From: Candidatus Woesearchaeota archaeon
Lineage (GTDB): Archaea > Nanobdellota > Nanobdellia > Pacearchaeales > GW2011-AR1
Assembly: GCA_964493885.1 (NCBI GenBank)
Contig: CAZBPV010000001.1
Location: 100,703 to 164,702, forward strand
DNA: 64,000 nt
Reading direction: 5' to 3'
Shown here: positions 1 through 9,490 of the stretch, one piece after another
Layout of the letters: every line of letters begins with the position of its first letter
Position numbering within the stretch: the stretch's first letter is position 1
The notes under the pieces: generated by a model
Databases searched by the model: none
Told to the model about the DNA's origin: nothing
What the model saw: only the letters and a program-made list of their open reading frames with translations
Position numbers and translations under genes: made by a program

Positions 1-3000
1 ACTTCTGGTTATGATAATGCATCTTTTATTAATAACATTTTAGAAGATGAAGTTAATTTTTCAACATCTGAATTTAGTTTTGTGACTATAAAAGTGAATA
101 ATACCCCCCCTGCAATTCCAAGCGGAAAAAGAAGTATTAATAATTACTTAACAATCAACAGTCTTGGAGCTGGAAGTTATATTAACTTTAGCTTGGCATA
201 TAATGATACTGATGTTAATTTTGTAGAGGATACATTAAGGGTTTATAGATATAATGGAAGTTCATGGAGTGCTTGGAATGGAAGTTTTGTTGATACTGCA
301 AATAATATTGTTTATTCTGGAAATGTCACAAACTTTTCTGAATTTGGAGCATTTGGTGATGTTGCATTTGCCAATGATTTAGAGTGCGAGATTAATACAA
401 ATGGAAACTGGAGCAACTGCACTAACTTAACTTATTATATGAACTTGACAAGAATAAGAGTTAATTGCACTGGTTTAATAGATATGGTTAATGCTACATT
501 TAACTTAACAAACATTCCTGATGCAGATACTAAAATATTCTCCAATGCAACTTCTCAGGGGGGGGATTATTTTATCCTAGATAATTCTGATTTATTTATT
601 AGAGATGGTGGAGATTGGAATTTAACAGCTACTTGTATAAGCAATGAATCAGATGAAGTATTAACTTATAGTAATTGGACACTTGCTTGGGGTAATTTAA
701 TCCCTTATATTATAACTGAAAGTAGAGATGTAGGTTATTATAAATTCTTTACATTTGAATCAGGGGTAACTTGTGTTGGCGGAGAATGCGGAAATGTTTC
801 TGCTATACTTGACCCTGAACAAGGAACAAGAGAAATTCAGGCTTGTCCTTGGGATTGTGGGTATTATGATTATTGGTATGGATGTGGTACTGATACTAAT
901 AGTGACTGCGAGACAGAATGCTGTTCATGTCCTTATACAGAAAGTGATTATAGAACAAATTATGGATGCGGTTCTTACTATGATTCTTTATGTGAAACAG
1001 ATTTTTGCGGTTTAGGAAATTGTTGGATAACTTGTGCAGATTATAACATTACATATGGGTGTGACTCTTATCATGACAACAGTTGCGAGAACAATTGTTC
1101 ATTGTATTGTCATCCCCCTGATGAGGACGGAGATGGAATAATAGATACCGAGGATAATTTAACTGGAAATTCATCTACTGTAAATGTGTCTGGAATTACT
1201 GGATTAAATATTACAATTAATGGAACTTGGAATAATAGCCCTAATGAATCTCAAATAGTAGAATTATTCGAAGGAAATAATAAATTCTTTGAGTTTACAT
1301 TTAATTTTAGTCAGGGTAATTTGAATTTAACAAATTTAACTTTGATAAAGAAAACAACACAAGGAATTTATATTGAGGGATTAGAAGGAATTTCAAAAAC
1401 AATTTATATAAACATAACTACTGGAGCAAGAGGAATCTGTATTAGAAATGCTATTGGAGCAATCAGTAGTTTATTAGACTGCTCTGGAAGTGGGGAGATT
1501 TTAGTATTAAATGAAGATTGTGATGGAGGTTCAGTTAGTATTGGAGGGGATACAGTCACTTGTAATATTGTAAATAATCAGTATGTTTTAGATGGATTAA
1601 CCCATTCAGGAGGAGAACCACAAACTAAAGGAATTATCCCAATGAATTCTGGAACACCTTTTTACACAACTTCTGACAATCCAAATAATTCAACTTGTTC
1701 TGGAATGTATGAAGGAGATTCATGCAATGTTTCATGGAGTGTTAATGCTACTGGAAATTACACTGGAAATTCTACATGGATATTTTATACAATATATAAT
1801 GCTACCCAATATACAGATATAGGAAGCAATAACACTGGCACAGTTAATATTACAATTGTTGAATTTATTAATACTGCTCCTGTAATTAATCAGATATTTG
1901 TGAATTCTTCATCTGGAAACAATTTAACAACAGAGAATTTGACTTGCTATGCAAATGCAACTGATGATGATGGAGATAATTTAAGTTATTCTGGATACTG
2001 GTATTTGAATGGAACACAGAATTTAAGTTTCAATACTTCACCTACAAATTACACGCAAGGAACCTTAGAATTAGTTTCCACATTGCTTTCTGGAAACACA
2101 AGTGTTGGACAGAACTGGAGTTGCAATGTAACTGCGTATGATGGAGAAAATTATAGTAGTTATTTATCAAGTGAGAATTTGACAATATTAAATTCAGCTC
2201 CATACTTTAATCCTGATTTAGTTAACCAGAGTGTTGCAGAGAATTCAACATTATATTATGATATTAATTGTTCAGATGCAGATGATGATGTATTGACTTA
2301 TTATATAAATGATACTTCCTTGTTTATAATTAATTCAAGTAATGGGGTAATAAACTGGACTCCTGGATTTGATGATGCTGGAAATTACTCTTATAATGTA
2401 ACTTGTGGAGATGGAAATGTTAATGTTTCACAGGTGTTTAATCTTACTGTTACTGATGTTATTGTTAATACTGCTCCTGTAATTAATTCTGTAATTGTTA
2501 ATTCTTCATCTGGAACTAATCTAACAACAGAGAATTTGACTTGCTATGCAAATGCAACAGATGCTGATAATAATAATGTAAGTTATTCTGGATACTGGTA
2601 TTTGAATGGAGCTCAGAATTTAAGTTTTAATACATCTCCTACAAATTACACGCAAGGAACCTTAGAATTAGTTTCAACATTGTTAAGTGGAAATACAAGT
2701 GTTGGACAGAACTGGAGTTGCAATGTAACTGCTTACGATGGAGAAAATTATAGTAGTTATTTATCAAGTGAGAATTTGACAATACTCACAAGTATTGTCT
2801 GTGGAAATGGGATAGTTGAAACAGGAGAAGATTGTGATTTGACTAATTTGAGTGGGCAGACTTGTGTTACTCAAGGATATGATGCAGGGACTTTATCATG
2901 CACTATTTCATGCACATTTAATATAAGTGCATGTATTTCAGGAGGAGGCGGGGGGGGATGCAGTAATGATTGTTCTTCTGGATCTGAAGAAATAGAGTGT

Positions 3001-4374
3001 GTAAATAGCACTTACTTAAGAACAAGAGATTGTGGAAACTATGACTCTGATTCATGTTTGGAGTGGAGTGACTGGAGTTATGAATCTTGCAGTCCTGGAA
3101 CTTGTGAAAATAATGCTTGTGTTGAAGCATGTGTGGAAGACTGGAATTGTTCTGCGTGGACTCCTTGTTATGATGAAAGCCAGACAAGAACATGCACTGA
3201 CTTAAATAATTGTGGAACAGAAAATAATAAACCAGAAGAACAAAGAAGTTGTGATTGCACAGAAAATTGGGAGTGTTCTTGGAGTATTTGTTTAGTCCAT
3301 GACAGTGAAAGTTATGCTTATGATTGCATAGATTTGAATAATTGCGGAACAGAAGATAATATTCCTACAACAAGAGATTGTGCAGAAAAAAGTTATGGAT
3401 GTGATGTTAATTGGAATTGCACTGATTGGGGAGAGTGTGAATCATATTACACACTTAAGGATTTGCTTGAAAATAGAGAAATAACTGGAATACAAAGAAG
3501 AGAGTGCATTGATACTTTTGGATGTGCTGATAGAGTTATTGAGAAGAGAATTTGTAATTTAGGAATTGATATAAAGGCAAATAAGACTGAATGGTGTTCT
3601 GAGATTTATATTGAAGTTTATGATAAATCAACAAATAAATTAGTAAGTAGAGTTAAGGAATCTGAAGAGACAAGTATAACTGGATTTAACTTAGAGAGAA
3701 TTGATATTTCTTTCTTATTAACAAGTGAATTCACAGGGTATTGTGATTATTGTTATAATGGAGAGAAAGATTATGATGAAGAAGGAATAGATTGCGGAGG
3801 TCCAAATTGTCAGGAGTGTGTGAGAGATATTAGTTTCTTTGATTGGTTATTTTGGCTACTGATTCTTTTATGGGCAAGCGTGGTTATCTTTTCAACTACT
3901 GTTGTTTGGGAAGAGAGATTTGCAATTGTAAGCTTTATTAGAGAGTTAAGAAGAAGAGAATTAGAAGAAGGAATGAAGGGTGTTGAGGAAATGGCTTATT
4001 ATCAGAAGCCTAGGTTATATCCTCGTATAATAAATAAAGAAAAAGGATTAAAATATACTTTTTCAAGAATTTTCCAGCAACCTTCTAAGACAAGTCAATT
4101 TGGAAGCAAAAATACTGAAAAAGGAATTAATATTGCGAGGGCTGGAATTGAGAGTAAATCTAAACTAAAAGATGTTGGAAGCTATAAGGAACAACAGCAA
4201 GCTAAAAAACAATGGAGTGTTGTAAGAAAATTAAGAGAATTTTTTGGAGGGGAACCAAAAAAGACTTTTATTCCCAAAGAAAAATTCCAGCAAATAAAAA
4301 GAAAACCTTTTGGAACTGAAAAAGCAAAGGGGAATATTGGAAGAACACGAGGAGACTTACATAAAAAATTCTAA
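1..4374 (+). CDS. Giant surface protein, 5'-truncated by the window edge. It has Cys-rich modules, a cadherin-like domain, a duplicated 106-aa module, a C-terminal TM anchor and a Lys-rich tail.
   Basis: The frame is open from nt 1, with no stop upstream of the track start at 82. N-x-S/T sequons are very dense. Motifs seen: three YGCG..S.CE modules, DEDGDGIIDTEDN (Ca-binding-like), CGNGIVETGEDCD, repeated W.C..W..C...C.D.NNCGTE.N modules, and the hydrophobic FFDWLFWLLILLWASVVIFSTTVVW near the C-terminus. Confidence 0.85.
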   Translation, partial: TSGYDNASFINNILEDEVNFSTSEFSFVTIKVNNTPPAIPSGKRSINNYLTINSLGAGSYINFSLAYNDTDVNFVEDTLRVYRYNGSSWSAWNGSFVDTANNIVYSGNVTNFSEFGAFGDVAFANDLECEINTNGNWSNCTNLTYYMNLTRIRVNCTGLIDMVNATFNLTNIPDADTKIFSNATSQGGDYFILDNSDLFIRDGGDWNLTATCISNESDEVLTYSNWTLAWGNLIPYIITESRDVGYYKFFTFESGVTCVGGECGNVSAILDPEQGTREIQACPWDCGYYDYWYGCGTDTNSDCETECCSCPYTESDYRTNYGCGSYYDSLCETDFCGLGNCWITCADYNITYGCDSYHDNSCENNCSLYCHPPDEDGDGIIDTEDNLTGNSSTVNVSGITGLNITINGTWNNSPNESQIVELFEGNNKFFEFTFNFSQGNLNLTNLTLIKKTTQGIYIEGLEGISKTIYINITTGARGICIRNAIGAISSLLDCSGSGEILVLNEDCDGGSVSIGGDTVTCNIVNNQYVLDGLTHSGGEPQTKGIIPMNSGTPFYTTSDNPNNSTCSGMYEGDSCNVSWSVNATGNYTGNSTWIFYTIYNATQYTDIGSNNTGTVNITIVEFINTAPVINQIFVNSSSGNNLTTENLTCYANATDDDGDNLSYSGYWYLNGTQNLSFNTSPTNYTQGTLELVSTLLSGNTSVGQNWSCNVTAYDGENYSSYLSSENLTILNSAPYFNPDLVNQSVAENSTLYYDINCSDADDDVLTYYINDTSLFIINSSNGVINWTPGFDDAGNYSYNVTCGDGNVNVSQVFNLTVTDVIVNTAPVINSVIVNSSSGTNLTTENLTCYANATDADNNNVSYSGYWYLNGAQNLSFNTSPTNYTQGTLELVSTLLSGNTSVGQNWSCNVTAYDGENYSSYLSSENLTILTSIVCGNGIVETGEDCDLTNLSGQTCVTQGYDAGTLSCTISCTFNISACISGGGGGGCSNDCSSGSEEIECVNSTYLRTRDCGNYDSDSCLEWSDWSYESCSPGTCENNACVEACVEDWNCSAWTPCYDESQTRTCTDLNNCGTENNKPEEQRSCDCTENWECSWSICLVHDSESYAYDCIDLNNCGTEDNIPTTRDCAEKSYGCDVNWNCTDWGECESYYTLKDLLENREITGIQRRECIDTFGCADRVIEKRICNLGIDIKANKTEWCSEIYIEVYDKSTNKLVSRVKESEETSITGFNLERIDISFLLTSEFTGYCDYCYNGEKDYDEEGIDCGGPNCQECVRDISFFDWLFWLLILLWASVVIFSTTVVWEERFAIVSFIRELRRRELEEGMKGVEEMAYYQKPRLYPRIINKEKGLKYTFSRIFQQPSKTSQFGSKNTEKGINIARAGIESKSKLKDVGSYKEQQQAKKQWSVVRKLREFFGGEPKKTFIPKEKFQQIKRKPFGTEKAKGNIGRTRGDLHKKF
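1870..2187 (+). repeat. Copy 1 of an in-frame 318-nt intragenic repeat
   Basis: Starts AATACTGCTCCTGTAATTAAT and ends GAGAATTTGACAATA. It encodes NTAPVINQIFVNSSSG...SSENLTIL. Confidence 0.9.
2467..2784 (+). repeat. Copy 2 of the in-frame 318-nt intragenic repeat
   Basis: Same sequence 597 nt downstream of copy 1. The proteins differ at 9 of 106 residues by eye. Confidence 0.9.
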
Positions 4375-4503
4375 TTTTTTGAATTGTTAATAATATTTTA
4401 TGAATAATTATCACTTCTTTTATCCAGGGGTTAGATTATTGTTCTTAATAAGTTTATTATTAGAAAATCTTAGCGAAGCTTTATTTGGAGTATTAATTAG
4501 AAG

Positions 4504-5163
4504 TTAATAAGCTGGAACACCAAAAGCCCTTGTTGGTTTTAAATAACTTAATTGAGGGGGAGTTGGTTGATATAATAATTTTTTAATCATGAACTTTGTT
4601 CCAACTATATCTGAGATTATTGCAGTGAAGACAATTCTTCCTAAAGCAACTCTAAAAACTCCTTCTTCAGCAGGTATCTTTGTATGTTCAGAAAAAGTTT
4701 TTACTATATTATTAATCTCTTCTTTTGTTAAGGATATTTCTGTTTCTCTTTCACTTGGAGTCCTTACAATTATTTTTTTATCTGGCCCATGGCACTCTAT
4801 TGTCTGAACCATTGGGTCTTTTATCAAGGGATTTAATTTACCTAAATCCACTTGAATTGGTGTTGGAATTGGTTGTATGTAGGATAGTCTCTCTGGAAAT
4901 CTTTGAATAGGAATTACAAGTCTTTTAGCAAGAATAAATGGTTTTGGCAGAGCTTTGAATTTTGCAAAACTTTTAGAGGGTTTTAATTCTTCTTTTACAA
5001 TATCTTTTATTTTTTCTTTAGTTTCTTGTTTTTCTAGTTCTAATTCAGACTCAAGTTCTAGAACCTCTCCTCCACCTGCATGAATTATTAATTCTCTTGT
5101 GAATGCTAGTAGGAAAAGTTCTTTGAATTTTTCAGAAGTTTCTTGAAGTGACATTTTAATCAC
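4504..5163 (-). CDS. Hypothetical protein whose C-terminal half resembles the N-terminal domain of PilB/FlaI/VirB11-type secretion ATPases, with no ATPase domain
   Basis: LIKDPMVQTIECHGPDKKIIV...ISLTKEEINNIVKTFSEHTKIP...GRIVFTAIISDIVGTKFMIKKL matches the pattern that precedes Walker A in T2SS-E family ATPases. The ORF ends about 30 aa later. Confidence 0.45.
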   Translation of the reverse strand: MIKMSLQETSEKFKELFLLAFTRELIIHAGGGEVLELESELELEKQETKEKIKDIVKEELKPSKSFAKFKALPKPFILAKRLVIPIQRFPERLSYIQPIPTPIQVDLGKLNPLIKDPMVQTIECHGPDKKIIVRTPSERETEISLTKEEINNIVKTFSEHTKIPAEEGVFRVALGRIVFTAIISDIVGTKFMIKKLLYQPTPPQLSYLKPTRAFGVPAY

Positions 5164-5627
5164 ACTGAAGTTTCTTTTTTTACAATAGAACCAGATTTTT
5201 TATATTCTTCTTTCTCAGGAGTAAGTCTTGGTAATTGTTGCATTGGAGGTGGAATTCTTGCAGGAATTTGTTGTTGAGGAGCTGATTCATGAAGCATAGT
5301 AAGTCCCCTTGCTATTATTTTATTTTGTTCTGATAATTCTCCCAGTCTTTCTATTACTTCTTTATTTGATTCTTTAGGAGTTTCTGTTTCCAGTCTAAAT
5401 CCTCTTTTTGATAAGGATTTTGCTGAAAGTTCAAATAATTCAAGCATCTTTGCCATTTGAGTGCTTAAGTCGTCTAATTTAGAAGCTAGATTTGTCATTA
5501 CTTTTTGAAGAGCTACAAAATTATCAACGAGAATTGGTTGCATTTTTATCTCAACTTCTTGCGTAGATACACGGCTTTTTTTAGGCCTGCTCTTTTTATG
5601 GCTCACCTTCTTTTTCTTTTTACTCAT
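5160..5627 (-). CDS. Hypothetical Lys-rich/coiled-coil protein
   Basis: The ORF overlaps the downstream gene by 4 nt (ATGA), so the two are probably an operon. No motif recognised. Confidence 0.5.
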   Translation of the reverse strand: MSKKKKKVSHKKSRPKKSRVSTQEVEIKMQPILVDNFVALQKVMTNLASKLDDLSTQMAKMLELFELSAKSLSKRGFRLETETPKESNKEVIERLGELSEQNKIIARGLTMLHESAPQQQIPARIPPPMQQLPRLTPEKEEYKKSGSIVKKETSV

Positions 5628-5666
5628 ATGCTTTAAAAGCTTTTATTATTTAAAAACTCTTCTAAA

Positions 5667-8300
5667 TTAGAATATATTCAGTCCTGTATCTTCTGGATTT
5701 TCTTTTAAATATTCATCCTTTTCTTTTTCTATTTCTTCACATGCTTTTTCAACATCTTCAACAATTTCTTCTTTAGTATTTACAGCTCCGTTAATCTCTG
5801 GAATTCCGTCTTCTTCTGATTCTGGGTTAAAAGGAGGAATTTCATCTATTTTTTCCTCAGGATTTTCTTCTAGATACTCTTTTTTTTCTTTTTCAATTGC
5901 TTTAATGTCTTTTTGTAATTTTTCAGTATCTGGCTCATATTTTTCTTTTCCTGGGTTAAATTTCATTGGCATCTTAATTTCTTTTTTTGGCTGATACTCT
6001 CTTGGTTCTTTATCTGTTCCTTTAACCATCTCCATTTCTAATTCTGCAATGTAATCAGAGATTTCTTTTGCCATATCTGCATTAACACTTATGCTGTCTA
6101 TTCCTTTTTCAACAAGGAACTTTACCATTTCTTTTTTGCTTCCAGATTGTCCGCATATGCTTGTTTCTACTCCAGCTCTTTTGCAGACTCTAATTACAAA
6201 TTCAAGCTGATAGAGTATTGCAGGGTTCATTTCATTGTAAAGATACTGAACTTTTTCATTTCCTCTATCTATTGCGAGAATATACTGAGTCAAGTCATTT
6301 GTTCCAAATGAGATAAAATCAATTCCTTCTTCTGTTATTTCTCTAATCATCTGCACTGCAGCAGGAGTTTCAATCATTACCCCTACTTTTGCACTCATAA
6401 AATTTATTTGTTTTAGAATTTTTTTTATTTCTTTTATTTCTTCAACTAGAATTAATTGAGGAAGAAGCAGTCCAATTGTTTTTCCCTGCTCTGCAACTCT
6501 TTTCAAGGCATTTAATTCAGCTTTTAGTATATCTGGTTTTTTTAAACTATATCTTATTCCGTGAAGCCCAAGCATAGGATTTGCTTCAATTTCCTTAGGA
6601 GCTCCTTCAAGATTTTGGAATTCATCGCTTCTAATATCTGAGGTTCTAATCCATAACTCTTCAAAGTATTTTGCAATGCTACTTACTCCCTTAAAAATTA
6701 TTTCTTCATAATCTTTAATCTTTCCCTTATTTAAGAAGTATTCTGGGTGTTTTCCTGATTCAGCAATTATTCCTTCAATCCTTGTTAACCCTACTTTTTT
6801 AATTCCTGTTTTAGATGCACGTTCAGCAAAGCTTGGCAAATCCACAATAACTTTTATTTTGGTTTTTGTCTGGCTGGTTACTAGTTGAACTTCTTTTTTT
6901 TCTGTCTCTGCAACTTTTCCCTTATAAATTTTTCCAGTGTATCCATCTAGTGTAATAAATTCTCCTTCCTTTAGTCTTGTTGTTGCTTCTTGTGTTCCAA
7001 CAATGCAGGGAATTCCCATTTCTCGTGAGACTATTGCAGCATGAGCAGTTAATCCTCCTTCATTTGTGATTATTCCTGAAGATTTTTGCATTGTAACCAC
7101 CATGTCAGGATTTGTCATTTTTGTAACCAGAATATCTCCTGTTTGTATTTTTGAAAGGTCTTTTAAATCTTCAATAATCTTTACTTTTCCAGATGCTATT
7201 CCAGGAGAAGCTGCTAATCCAGATAAAATAACCTCTCCTTTAACCTCTTTTAATGATTCCCGTGATACTCTGCTTTCAATTGTTGTTATTGGACGAGTCT
7301 GGACAATAAAAATTTCTCCAGATTCAAGTGCAAATTCAATATCTTGAGGTTTTTTGTAGTGATTTTCTAGTTTTAATGCTATTTCCGAGAGTTTTTTGAT
7401 TTCTGGATTGCTAAGAACCTGTTGATTTGATTTTGATTCTGTTAATTTAACTATTGCTTTTTTTCCTGCAGAGTCACGTGTTATTGCAAGTTTTTTATTT
7501 GCAATTATTTTATTAATAATTTCCAAATCCTCTGAGATAACATATTTATCAGGAGTAATCATTCCAGAAACAATCCCTTCTCCTAATCCCCAGATTGCTT
7601 CAATTATAATTTCATTATTTTTAAATGTAGGGTCTTTTGAGAAAATAACTCCTGATTTGTTTGCATCAATCATTTTCTGAACTACTACTGCAAGGCTGGC
7701 ATCTTCGTGTTTAAATCCTTTCTTATGCCGATAATATGTTGCTCTTGATGTAAATAGTGAAGCAAAACATTTTTTTACACTCTTAAGAAGCTGGTCATTT
7801 CCCTTTATATTTATGTATGTTTCCTGCTGTCCTGCAAAACTAGCCTCTGCTAAATCTTCTGTTGTTGCAGAACTTCTAACAGCTACAAATACTGGTTCAC
7901 TAGAGTGATTAAGAATATCTATTGCTGCTTTTGAAGAGTCAAATCCCCCAATATCCAGGACTTCGTAAGCCTCAATGATTTCATTTTCCATTTCTTTAGG
8001 AATTTTTGAATCAACAATAAATTTTCTTATATTTTTTGTTATTTCATCTAACTGACTTGTGTCCTCATAATCAATTCTTGAAAGGAATTCTTTTATCTTT
8101 TCTTTTATCCCTGCTTTTTCAATAAAGTAATCATATGCCTGAGCTGTAACTACAAATCCTGGAGGCACTGAAATTTTAAGATTATACATCTCTGCAAGAT
8201 TAGCTCCTTTTCCCCCTGCAATCTTTCCAGAAGTTTTATCTAGTTCAGAAAACCATTTAATAAATTTCTCAGAATGTTTAACCTCTTTTGGAATTGCCAT
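5667..8300 (-). CDS. ppsA: Phosphoenolpyruvate synthase (pyruvate, water dikinase) with an acidic C-terminal extension
   Basis: Motifs seen: GGKGANLAEM (ATP-grasp N-domain), GGLTAHAAIVSREMGIPCIVG (phosphohistidine swivel domain), and FISFGTNDLTQY (PEP-utilising TIM barrel). Confidence 0.9.
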   Translation of the reverse strand: MAIPKEVKHSEKFIKWFSELDKTSGKIAGGKGANLAEMYNLKISVPPGFVVTAQAYDYFIEKAGIKEKIKEFLSRIDYEDTSQLDEITKNIRKFIVDSKIPKEMENEIIEAYEVLDIGGFDSSKAAIDILNHSSEPVFVAVRSSATTEDLAEASFAGQQETYINIKGNDQLLKSVKKCFASLFTSRATYYRHKKGFKHEDASLAVVVQKMIDANKSGVIFSKDPTFKNNEIIIEAIWGLGEGIVSGMITPDKYVISEDLEIINKIIANKKLAITRDSAGKKAIVKLTESKSNQQVLSNPEIKKLSEIALKLENHYKKPQDIEFALESGEIFIVQTRPITTIESRVSRESLKEVKGEVILSGLAASPGIASGKVKIIEDLKDLSKIQTGDILVTKMTNPDMVVTMQKSSGIITNEGGLTAHAAIVSREMGIPCIVGTQEATTRLKEGEFITLDGYTGKIYKGKVAETEKKEVQLVTSQTKTKIKVIVDLPSFAERASKTGIKKVGLTRIEGIIAESGKHPEYFLNKGKIKDYEEIIFKGVSSIAKYFEELWIRTSDIRSDEFQNLEGAPKEIEANPMLGLHGIRYSLKKPDILKAELNALKRVAEQGKTIGLLLPQLILVEEIKEIKKILKQINFMSAKVGVMIETPAAVQMIREITEEGIDFISFGTNDLTQYILAIDRGNEKVQYLYNEMNPAILYQLEFVIRVCKRAGVETSICGQSGSKKEMVKFLVEKGIDSISVNADMAKEISDYIAELEMEMVKGTDKEPREYQPKKEIKMPMKFNPGKEKYEPDTEKLQKDIKAIEKEKKEYLEENPEEKIDEIPPFNPESEEDGIPEINGAVNTKEEIVEDVEKACEEIEKEKDEYLKENPEDTGLNIF

Positions 8301-8425
8301 GTAATATAAAAAATAAGATACTTAATAAATATTTTGATAAAATATTTATTGGCAGTTTATTATCACCTCTTTTTGGAGGGGCAATAATTATTAAAAATAT
8401 AAAATAAATTTAATTTACGAGCAAT

Positions 8426-8593
8426 TTACTTGCTTATTGCACTAACAGGGCAGGTGTCAATTGCTTCATCCACGCAATTTGGAGTTTTCTGGCATTTTAC
8501 ATTTGCTTTTCCGTCTTTCATTTCAAAAATTTCAGAACAAATTGAGGCACATGCACCGCATCCAATGCATTTCTTTTTGTCAATTTTTATCAT
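8426..8593 (-). CDS. Small single-cluster [4Fe-4S]/[3Fe-4S]-type ferredoxin (55 aa), absent from the ORF track
   Basis: Hand translation gives MIKIDKKKCIGCGACASICSEIFEMKDGKANVKCQKTPNCVDEAIDTCPVSAISK. It has CxxCxxC and a distal C-P motif. Confidence 0.75.
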   Translation of the reverse strand: MIKIDKKKCIGCGACASICSEIFEMKDGKANVKCQKTPNCVDEAIDTCPVSAISK

Positions 8594-8626
8594 TTTAAAT
8601 AACCTAAAAATATATGCCTCGTTAAG

Positions 8627-8634
8627 TTTATAAA
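8627..8634 (+). promoter_or_regulatory. TATA box TTTATAAA, 29 nt upstream of the ATG at 8656
   Basis: Sequence and spacing read directly from the window. Confidence 0.6.
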
Positions 8635-8655
8635 TTTACTCCTTGTATATATTTA

Positions 8656-9489
8656 ATGGGATTAATTCGAGGAGGATTGTTTACATTGGTTTGTGTATTA
8701 CTTTTTGTATCTTTATTTGCAATGAGCACTCTCTTAACTATTTCAATGTCTTTAAGTCATGATAATGTTCAAGAAGAGCTTGTTTCTATTGTAGGTAATC
8801 AAATTAGAAATCAGACTAGTGTTGCTAGTGATATTAATACTGATTTAAGAGATATGCAGATTTATTGTGCAGATAATATTCAATTTGTTAAGGAGTATAA
8901 TAATTTTGTTTATACCTTTCCTTGTGAAGTTGTGTTTGAAGGTTCAGAATCAGTTGTCACATTTGCTATAAATCAATTTGTAGATGATGTTTATTATAAG
9001 GAGTATGACTGCAATTTTTGGGACTGTGATTTTACACCCCCTTATCATTTGATATCAGCAAAAGCACAGAGCTATTGGACTGGATGGTTTTATTGGAGTT
9101 TGTTTATTTCTCTTGTTTTAGTAGGATTAACTTTTGTTTTAATTGAAGACAGAAAGAACCTTCCTTTTGTAATAGGTGGATTATTAATGATTTCTGCTCT
9201 TCCTTTTATAAGAGTAAGCTGGCTTTTGTCTCTTCTTGGATACTGGGAATTTCTTCAATTTTTTGCTTTGTTTTTTTCTAAATCTTATTCAGTTTTCTTA
9301 ATTTCTTTTGTGATTGGAATATTACTTATTGGAATAGGGCTTGTTTTAAAATTTTTGGGAATTGGAAAGTTTATTGGAGAATTAGTTGGAAGCAATAAAA
9401 GTGGAAAAACAAGTATTGATAAAGAACAATTAAAAGAAGAAATTAAAGAAGAGATAAACATAGAAAACAAAAAAAAGAGTTCTAAGTGA
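8656..9489 (+). CDS. Hypothetical polytopic membrane protein
   Basis: N-terminal TM segment, a Cys-containing extracytoplasmic segment, several C-terminal hydrophobic helices and a Lys/Glu tail. Confidence 0.6.
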   Translation: MGLIRGGLFTLVCVLLFVSLFAMSTLLTISMSLSHDNVQEELVSIVGNQIRNQTSVASDINTDLRDMQIYCADNIQFVKEYNNFVYTFPCEVVFEGSESVVTFAINQFVDDVYYKEYDCNFWDCDFTPPYHLISAKAQSYWTGWFYWSLFISLVLVGLTFVLIEDRKNLPFVIGGLLMISALPFIRVSWLLSLLGYWEFLQFFALFFSKSYSVFLISFVIGILLIGIGLVLKFLGIGKFIGELVGSNKSGKTSIDKEQLKEEIKEEINIENKKKSSK

Positions 9490-9490
9490 G

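Noticed and set aside
1870-2784. The 318-nt direct repeats as a CRISPR array, IS element or assembly duplication
   Set aside because: There are only two copies. They are in-frame, encode a complete protein module, and are separated by a distinct cadherin-like domain. This is intragenic domain duplication.
773-3193. Track ORFs 773..1015 (+) and 2918..3193 (-), nested in the giant surface-protein gene
   Set aside because: They lie entirely inside a much longer, motif-rich ORF in other frames. Their composition is typical of off-frame translation.
8430-8633. 67-aa plus-strand ORF
   Set aside because: It is antisense to a far more convincing ferredoxin ORF (8426..8593) and has no motif.
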